Assembly (NCBI GenBank): GCA_013298775.1
Contig: JAAFIV010000003.1
Span: 141,460-205,459, forward strand
Reading direction: 5' to 3'
DNA length: 64,000 bases
Source of the DNA: Ignavibacteria bacterium
GTDB taxonomy: Bacteria > Bacteroidota > Ignavibacteria > Kapaibacteriales > UBA4661
Numbering within the stretch: position 1 is the stretch's first letter; every line of letters starts with the position of its first letter. Below are positions 57,314 through 64,000 of this stretch, piece by piece. A program made the translations under genes and the position numbers. The notes under the pieces were generated by a model. That model saw nothing but the letters and a program-made list of their open reading frames with translations, was not told the origin of the DNA and made no database searches.

Positions 57314-60300
57314 TTATCGCACCACCATCACGCGGCGCACAACGCGGCAGGGCTGCATACTCCCATCGCTACTCACAGAGGCGCATAGATACTGCATTTC
57401 AAGGAAATATGCTCCTGCGGGAACGCCTTCGGTGGAAAGCTCTAGTGTGTGTGTGGAGTGAAAATTTGTCTGCGTTGCATTTGAAGCAATACTACCAGAA
57501 GCGAGATGTAGTGCGCCCCTCCAGAGTGCGTGTTCATTCCCCAAGAGATTGATAAGTTTCACCGAAACAGCCACAGGTGGCGTGAGTGCTGGATTTTCCG
57601 CGCTTTCTGCATCAATACTTACCGTTAATTTATTACTCGTCGGATTCGGAAACACCTGCGTAATGGCAAGCGTTGGAGCTGTGCCAAAGAACAAGCGCGT
57701 TCCGCCAGTACGGTTCAAACCCCGCATAATTACTTGGCTTGTAGGATTGATATTATTCACAAACGGTACGGAAACACCGCCCACCACAAGCGAGGAAATA
57801 CGCAGCGTTGCGACGGAATCATTACCCAGGAGACCGCGTAGTTTCAGGCGGAGAATAGGTTCGGCTTCGTTGTCGGAGGCAATTGCGGTGGTGTAGCTGA
57901 GTGTGCGGATGCCGTTTTGAACACTATTGCTCGCGGGCGGCATGGATTCTGCTGCTTCGAGCAAGGAGGCATTGCTAACGGTGAGTTCAAGCCCGATGCG
58001 CGTTCCCACGCTTACGCCCGAGCGATTGCGCAGGAATATCGGCACTTCCACTTCTCGCGCGGGAGCCGCTTCAATACTGCTTTGCAGCGTGAGAATGCCA
58101 CCTGCGGCTCGTGCCACCCACTCAAGCGGAATCTCGCGCGCACACGCATCGCGCAGCGTGAGCCTCCGCAGAAAATTCCCACCCATTCCTGAGAAAAAGC
58201 GCACCCGTACTTGTCCCGTGCTGTTGGGCGGAAGCGGGTTTGGTTGCACAGATACAATCGTAAACGGGCTGTTTGCTTCGGTAGGGAAATTCAATGATTC
58301 AACCAACGTTCCGCGATTTTGAATGCTGAAACTCCGCACCACTTCTTGCTGTACGCCCACTGCACCAAAATCCAACACCCGCTCCAAAATCTGCAAGCCT
58401 GATGAATCCTTGCGTGCAGGAATAATGATATTCGAGGTATTTTCAAACGCATTTGAAAGAATGTTCAGCGCGGCTTGTTTTGTGCCTTGGGAGCTAGGCG
58501 TGAAGCGGAGGCGCAGCACATCGGACTGCCCACGCGGAATAAGCGATGGGAAGGACTCCACACGAAACTCGCCCGCGTTCGCGCCCGTAAGCGTCACGCG
58601 CTCAAGACGGGTATCGCCCGAACCATCGTTCCGAAGGCGCACGGTGGCTAGTGTTGTGGATTCGCACGTGAGATTAAGCGAAGGGAAATCAACAGCAAGA
58701 CGCGGCACCTGCAAAACCCGCACCGATACTCGTGCGCTGGCACTGGCATCGCAGAGAGCTTGGCGAAGCGTGACGGTGGTATCGAATTGAAAACCTGCCG
58801 CCGCGCCACGAAATTCCAACCGTGCTTCGGCAGAACCGCCATTTGGTAGGATTTCTTGAGGTTCGATGCTCGTAATCGTGAATTTATCACCCAACGCAAT
58901 CGGTGTTTGCCAGCGAAGCGGCAGCGTACCTGTGTTTACGATGCGGAATGTTTGGCGAATCGGCATATTTTCTTGTTCGCCAGAGACGAGAATTGGCGCG
59001 AGCGGCAGCAAAAATCCGATGGAATCTTTGCGAGCATTGATGGTGATAGTTTTTCGTGCGCCCGTTGCGGAATTGGTGATAAGTTCAATCGTGAAGGTCT
59101 TCAAGCCAGCAGAAAAGGGCGTAAAACCGAAGTCTATGGTGGCGGTGGTATTTGGTCCGATGTCGCTCGGCAAATTGCGCAAGGGAAACTCGGATGGGTC
59201 GCCACTCACCGCGCTAATGCCGTTGATGAAAATGCGTTGATTGCCGGTGTTTTGAAGCGGAATCGCAATCGTTGGCGAGGTTGCGCACACGATAGAACCA
59301 AGATTGACCACATCGGGAGCTTCCAAGACCGCCGAGCGACCAATGGAAACGGAAATCACCGAAGCACGTCCACACGCATCGCGCAGACGCAATTCCTCAC
59401 GAACTCTGGTGCGAAGCGGCACAGGCGGCGTGAGGGAAATCAATACAAATCCCGTTTGTCCAGGCGCGAGAAGAGGCGGCAAAACACCCTCAATGCGAGC
59501 ATTTGTGCCGCGTACAAGCGGTTCTACTCCTCTAAAATCAAGCGGGAGCGTGCCGACGTTGGTAATGCGAATGGAACGCTGGAAATTAAGCGGGTCGTAG
59601 TCTGGCACATCCACAATCGGATTCGGAAACACAATTCCCGTCGTGTCTCTGCGCCCTTCGAGCTGCACGGCGACAAGATTGCTGTTGAGCGCATTCGAGC
59701 GGAAAAGAACCTCTCCTGCAAATCTACCAAAGCGCGTAGAGCGAAACGCCACAAGCGCAGTATCGGTGCGCCCTGCGGCTATGCTTTGCGGAAAGCGAAT
59801 GACACTAAACTCGGACAGCAAGCCCGCTTGCACAGGACCGTTCGGATTGACACGCGGAATGTTCAATGTTGCTTCGCTAATGCGCAATTCTGCCGCACCA
59901 ATATTATTCAACAGAACCCGCGCCACGCCTTGCTCTTCGCAAAGTAATTGTGCAATTACTGAGCCGCTTGTTACCGCCAAAATAGGCGCGGCAGCAAGGC
60001 TGAAGTTTTCTGAAACAGCAACATTCGCGGGCGGAATATTAAACAGTACGGCGGCTGTATCTTGCAGCATTGCAAGGTTTCCCGCGCTTTGCGGGAAATT
60101 CGGACGCACGAAACGGCGCGTGGAAATAAGTTTTGTGCCGTCGGGACTCCATGCGACAACGTTGTTCAAATCAAGCGCGTCGGGGAAATCAATCGTTTGC
60201 AAAAGGTCGCCGCGCTGCGCATCCCACACATCCAAGCGGCGGTAGTTTCCGCCTGCAATACGCGTATTATCTGGGTTCCAGAGGTGGTCGGGATTGTTCC

Positions 60301-61963
60301 AGCGTCCGTATTGCGTTCCTGTTGCGAGTTGGTCATAGCTCTGAAAGCGCGTCTGTACTTGCGCTTGCTGAATATCGCCATTGGCGGGAATGCTGATAAT
60401 GACGGCATCGCCATCGTCAAAACGCAGCGCACGAGCAACATCGCCCGTGACAATGAGCGAGCGTCCGTCACGGCTCCATGACACGTTTGTCCAATACTGG
60501 GCGGCAAAAGGAATTTGAATAACTTTCGTTGTGCCAAGTCGCGGATTGACAAGCAGAATGCGGTTTACGAAGCAATTACAATCGCGCAGCAAACTTGGGT
60601 CGTTGTTGTTGCCCGTCATGCCCCAAATTGCCAGAAGATTGTCCGTCGGCGACCACGCCACGTTGCGAGCAAAAGAAACGCCCGGAAATTGTTCGAGATT
60701 ATCGGGCGCGACAGGCGCGAGGTCGTCGCGGGTGAGCGTGAAAATATTTTCCAGCACATTCTGCGGCAAGGTTGGAAGCGGCTGCAAATTCACAATTTCT
60801 ATACCACCGCGAATACAGCTCAGTGCCGCCATTTGCCGATTATTGCTGAAGTGAACGCTCGTGCCAAGGTCGCGGAAAAGGTCGCGCTGGCTTGTCGAAA
60901 TTTGCCCTAAACAGCTAAACTGATTATTCGGTACGCTTTCAATAATGGTGCGGGGTGCAGCAGTGCCAAGTTGCCATTCCGTGATACTGCGCAGCATGGA
61001 AACAGGATTTAAGCCCTGAAACGCCACGCCGCTCGGAGAAACTGCCGTTGCTGGCTCTACCTGCGTTTGCAAGCGATAGAGGAACAATGTGCTGCCATCG
61101 GGTCGCCATGCGGTATTGTATTCGTACAAAATGTTGCTGCCTTCGGTGCGTGGCAGTTGCAGAGCCGCGAGTTCGCCCCACGTGGAAGCATCCCAAACTC
61201 CAATCGTGCGCTCGTCTTTCCACCATGCAAACAAGCGTCCATCGGGTGTCCAGAAGTTTTGCTGTACGCCGAGCATATCCATTCCGTAGGCAATCGAACT
61301 GGAATAGCGAATGTTGTTGAATTGAATCGTGCGCTGGTAGGAGAATTGCCTGAGAACCCCGCCGTTATCGGCGTTGTAGATGGTTACGGCAATCGTGGCA
61401 GTGGAAACAAAGGTGCAATTTTGCGCATTATTCCACGCCGCATTTACGACCGCAACCTGCTTGCCGTCTGGCTTCCAGAAGACAAGCGGCTGCGCATTCA
61501 AAGGAAAATTCTGACAATTTGCAGAAGCATTCGTCGCAGGAGTAAAGCGCAATACCGTGTGCGGAATAAGCACTGGTGCGGTTGTGGTGGTGCCGCCCAT
61601 CGCGCTCGGCACGGTCATTTGTTGCGTAATTCCTTGCGTGGAAATTTTTGCGCCCAATTCCGTGATGCGGAGGCGAAAACGTTGCGTGGGGAAGTTCGGT
61701 AGATTGCGCCAGATATAGCGTCCGCCGCGAGCATTGGCAAGGAAATCCCAACTTGTGCCGTCGTTGATGCTGTACTCAATGCGCACACTGTCGTTTGGCG
61801 AAGTCAGCCCGTCATTCGGCGCATTCGACCAGCGAATATCCACATCGCTGCCGCCAAAGACGGGCGTGTTCTGCGTTGGTTGGAGAATGCGGACTTGCGC
61901 CGGAAGGAGTATTTGTGAGGCTTGGAGGAGGAGAAGAATGGCGAGTAGGTATATTCCCCTCAC
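57314..61963 (-). CDS. Very large secreted protein (~1550 aa) with PD40/WD40-like beta-propeller repeats, Ig-like repeats and a T9SS-type C-terminal domain. The probable GTG start lies inside the family-4 repeat.
   Basis: Signal-like MRGIYLLAILLLLQASQ after the GTG and repeated W(S/R)PDG(S/T) motifs. The 5' ~300 bp of the longer ORF is made of family-4 and family-5 repeats and is unlikely to be coding. Confidence 0.55.
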   Translation of the reverse strand: MRGIYLLAILLLLQASQILLPAQVRILQPTQNTPVFGGSDVDIRWSNAPNDGLTSPNDSVRIEYSINDGTSWDFLANARGGRYIWRNLPNFPTQRFRLRITELGAKISTQGITQQMTVPSAMGGTTTTAPVLIPHTVLRFTPATNASANCQNFPLNAQPLVFWKPDGKQVAVVNAAWNNAQNCTFVSTATIAVTIYNADNGGVLRQFSYQRTIQFNNIRYSSSIAYGMDMLGVQQNFWTPDGRLFAWWKDERTIGVWDASTWGELAALQLPRTEGSNILYEYNTAWRPDGSTLFLYRLQTQVEPATAVSPSGVAFQGLNPVSMLRSITEWQLGTAAPRTIIESVPNNQFSCLGQISTSQRDLFRDLGTSVHFSNNRQMAALSCIRGGIEIVNLQPLPTLPQNVLENIFTLTRDDLAPVAPDNLEQFPGVSFARNVAWSPTDNLLAIWGMTGNNNDPSLLRDCNCFVNRILLVNPRLGTTKVIQIPFAAQYWTNVSWSRDGRSLIVTGDVARALRFDDGDAVIISIPANGDIQQAQVQTRFQSYDQLATGTQYGRWNNPDHLWNPDNTRIAGGNYRRLDVWDAQRGDLLQTIDFPDALDLNNVVAWSPDGTKLISTRRFVRPNFPQSAGNLAMLQDTAAVLFNIPPANVAVSENFSLAAAPILAVTSGSVIAQLLCEEQGVARVLLNNIGAAELRISEATLNIPRVNPNGPVQAGLLSEFSVIRFPQSIAAGRTDTALVAFRSTRFGRFAGEVLFRSNALNSNLVAVQLEGRRDTTGIVFPNPIVDVPDYDPLNFQRSIRITNVGTLPLDFRGVEPLVRGTNARIEGVLPPLLAPGQTGFVLISLTPPVPLRTRVREELRLRDACGRASVISVSIGRSAVLEAPDVVNLGSIVCATSPTIAIPLQNTGNQRIFINGISAVSGDPSEFPLRNLPSDIGPNTTATIDFGFTPFSAGLKTFTIELITNSATGARKTITINARKDSIGFLLPLAPILVSGEQENMPIRQTFRIVNTGTLPLRWQTPIALGDKFTITSIEPQEILPNGGSAEARLEFRGAAAGFQFDTTVTLRQALCDASASARVSVRVLQVPRLAVDFPSLNLTCESTTLATVRLRNDGSGDTRLERVTLTGANAGEFRVESFPSLIPRGQSDVLRLRFTPSSQGTKQAALNILSNAFENTSNIIIPARKDSSGLQILERVLDFGAVGVQQEVVRSFSIQNRGTLVESLNFPTEANSPFTIVSVQPNPLPPNSTGQVRVRFFSGMGGNFLRRLTLRDACAREIPLEWVARAAGGILTLQSSIEAAPAREVEVPIFLRNRSGVSVGTRIGLELTVSNASLLEAAESMPPASNSVQNGIRTLSYTTAIASDNEAEPILRLKLRGLLGNDSVATLRISSLVVGGVSVPFVNNINPTSQVIMRGLNRTGGTRLFFGTAPTLAITQVFPNPTSNKLTVSIDAESAENPALTPPVAVSVKLINLLGNEHALWRGALHLASGSIASNATQTNFHSTHTLELSTEGVPAGAYFLEMQYLCASVSSDGSMQPCRVVRRVMVVR

Positions 61964-62130
61964 CCCAACCCCTCTCCCACGCGAAGCGCGAGGCGAGGGG
62001 CTATGCGCACCAGCAAAGGTCGAATTCGCCCCCTTGATAAAGGGGGAACGGGGGATTTGAGGTTTGAAGCCTCTTGTGGCAAATCCCCCACTCGCTACGC
62101 TCGTCGCCCCCTTTATCAAGGGGGCTGTCG
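61953..62130. repeat. Composite repeat cluster: partial family-4 copy plus the family-5 inverted pair
   Basis: CCCCTCACCCCAACCCCTCTCCCACGCGAAGCGCGAGGCGAGGGG ... GCCCCCTTGATAAAGGGGGAACGGGGGATT ... CCCCCTTTATCAAGGGGGC. Confidence 0.8.
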
Positions 62131-62283
62131 GGAGGCAAGCATTCATGCGCTCTTTGGGCGTGTGTGCATAAACGAACCCTTTAGAAAAGAGGGCGGCAAA
62201 GGAGAGAGTACGGTACTTCACGGCATCAAACGTTAAAAGTGAGTGGAATATCTCAGTACCATACAAATAACTTCATAAAATTA

Positions 62284-62367
62284 GGCTTCAGTGGCACAGA
62301 CATTCCTGTCTGTGTTTATCGTCTGCATCCATCACCAACACTCACAGACAAGAATGTCTGTGCCACT
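62284..62367. repeat. Family-2 palindromic repeat, second copy
   Basis: ggcttcagtggcacagacattcctgtctgtg ... cacagacaagaatgtctgtgccact. Confidence 0.8.
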
Positions 62368-62407
62368 GATTGGATATTTTGTGTATGATACAAAGGCGGA
62401 AGAGGCA

Positions 62408-63745
62408 TCACGCAAGACCACACCGCGCAAAAATGGCATCAACATTTTTGAGGGATTTTTCGGGAGCGCAGATTTCATCCAATTCCTGCGGGGTGAAATG
62501 CTGCATAATGTCGGGGTCGTTTTTCAGAAACTCCAGAAAGGGTGTGCGTTGTTCCCATGTTTTCATGGCATTGCGTTGAACCATTGCGTAGGCATTTTCG
62601 CGGGAAACGCCACGTTGGGCGAGTTCGAGCAAAACGGTTTGCGAAAAGGTCAAACCGCATGTCAAATCAAGGTTTTTCCGCATGGTGTCGGGGTAGATGA
62701 GCAGATTATCCAGCAAATTCGTCATCAGATGGAGCATATAATCCAGCGTGATGGTCGAATCGGGGCAAATCACCCGTTCAACGCTGCTATGAGAAATATC
62801 GCGTTCGTGCCAGAGAGCGACGTTTTCCATTGCGGCCATAGCATTTGCCCGCAAAAGTCGCGCCAAACCGCAGACGCGCTCGGAAACAATCGGATTGCGC
62901 TTGTGCGGCATAGCAGAACTTCCTTTTTGTCCTTTGCTGAAAAACTCTTCTGCTTCAAGGACTTCCGTGCGCTGCAAGTGGCGTATTTCCACCGCAATTT
63001 TCTCCAACGACGCGCCAATAATTGCCAACGTAGAGAGATATTCTGCGTGGCGGTCGCGCTGAATCACTTGCGTCGAAACGGGCGCGGGCTGAAGTCCAAG
63101 TTTTTGCGAAACGTATTCTTCCACTTTCGGGGAAATGTGTTCGTAGGTGCCGACAGCTCCGCTAATCATGCCGACGGAGATAGTATTGATGCCGCTTTTG
63201 AGGCGTTCGATATTGCGTTTACATTCTTCGCGCCAGAGCAAAAATTTCAAACCGAAGGTCGTGGGTTCAGCATGGATGCCATGTGTGCGCCCGATGCAGA
63301 GCGTGTATTTCGATTCCACCGCGCGGCGTTCCAAGACCGTGAGAAACCGCTCCATTGCTGATAAGAGAAGCTCACCGGCTTGTTTTAATTGCACCGAGAG
63401 ACACGTGTCCAGCACGTCGCTGGAAGTCATGCCCAAGTGAATGTAGCGCGACGGCTCGCCAACGTATTCGGCAACATTGGTCAGAAAGGCTATAACATCA
63501 TGCTTGGTGGTTTCTTCGATTTCCAAAACGCGCTTCACATCGAAGTTTGCTTTTGCTTTGATAATCTCAACCGCTTCTTTGGGAACAACGCCAAGCTCGG
63601 ACTGTGCCTCGCTTGCAGCGATTTCGATGTCCAGCCAAATGCGGAATTTGTTGTGGTCGCTCCAGATTGCGCCCATTTGCGGGCGGGTGTACCGTTCAAT
63701 CATTGGTGTGGGGATGTGTTGTGAAAGATTTAACAAAATTGGCAA
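62408..63745 (-). CDS. purB: Adenylosuccinate lyase
   Basis: 445 aa. It starts [16 protein letters not shown] and has the conserved signature region [11 protein letters not shown]. Confidence 0.95.
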   Translation of the reverse strand: MPILLNLSQHIPTPMIERYTRPQMGAIWSDHNKFRIWLDIEIAASEAQSELGVVPKEAVEIIKAKANFDVKRVLEIEETTKHDVIAFLTNVAEYVGEPSRYIHLGMTSSDVLDTCLSVQLKQAGELLLSAMERFLTVLERRAVESKYTLCIGRTHGIHAEPTTFGLKFLLWREECKRNIERLKSGINTISVGMISGAVGTYEHISPKVEEYVSQKLGLQPAPVSTQVIQRDRHAEYLSTLAIIGASLEKIAVEIRHLQRTEVLEAEEFFSKGQKGSSAMPHKRNPIVSERVCGLARLLRANAMAAMENVALWHERDISHSSVERVICPDSTITLDYMLHLMTNLLDNLLIYPDTMRKNLDLTCGLTFSQTVLLELAQRGVSRENAYAMVQRNAMKTWEQRTPFLEFLKNDPDIMQHFTPQELDEICAPEKSLKNVDAIFARCGLA

Positions 63746-64000
63746 GAGAAAACGTATTGATGCAGCATTGATGCGCTTTCAATAAGGTCGAAAATAACTG
63801 AGCCGCTTTCGGAGGTGCGTAAAACACTCTCGCAAAAGCGGCTCAATATCTGAAATTCTTAGGACATTTACTAACAGTTTACTGGCTTAGTTCCGAAGCG
63901 GCTTACCCGTCGTGAGCATAGCCATAATGCGCTCTTGCGTCTTTTTCTCCGCGCAAAGCGACATAAAGGTTTCTACTTCGAGTTCGTGCATATATTCTTC

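Overview
The window is a 64-kb chromosomal segment (~50% GC) from a bacterium of the Fibrobacteres-Chlorobi-Bacteroidetes (FCB) group. The placement rests on two secreted proteins with type IX secretion C-terminal sorting domains, a TonB-dependent receptor followed by a DUF4249-like lipoprotein, and a LytS-type kinase together with a LytTR regulator. Recognisable housekeeping genes are the uvrA 3' part, comEA-like, murG, lolD-like, gcvH, gltB, efp-accB-accC, tRNA-Cys, the rimP-nusA-infB-rbfA operon, fabG-acpP and purB. Accessory content includes a cytochrome b gene, a Dam-like DNA methyltransferase, a DUF433/DUF5615 toxin-antitoxin-like pair and a TerB/FHA/ABC fusion transporter. The most system-like region lies at 31.3-36.8 kb. 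It holds a stand-alone LytTR regulator with a G10 tract at its 3' end, a cluster of GGACACTT direct repeats spaced like a LytTR box, and an AT-rich island encoding a 73-aa membrane peptide and two membrane proteins. That island is bracketed by three paralogous outer-membrane beta-barrel genes that share a duplicated 5' leader. The sequence also carries at least six families of short palindromic or composite repeats. One repeat copy is inserted in-frame in gltB, another in-frame in cytochrome b, and a 23-bp tandem duplication frameshifts the DUF5615 toxin-like gene. No CRISPR array, rRNA or obvious transposase was found. All calls rest on motif recognition by eye, with no database searches run.
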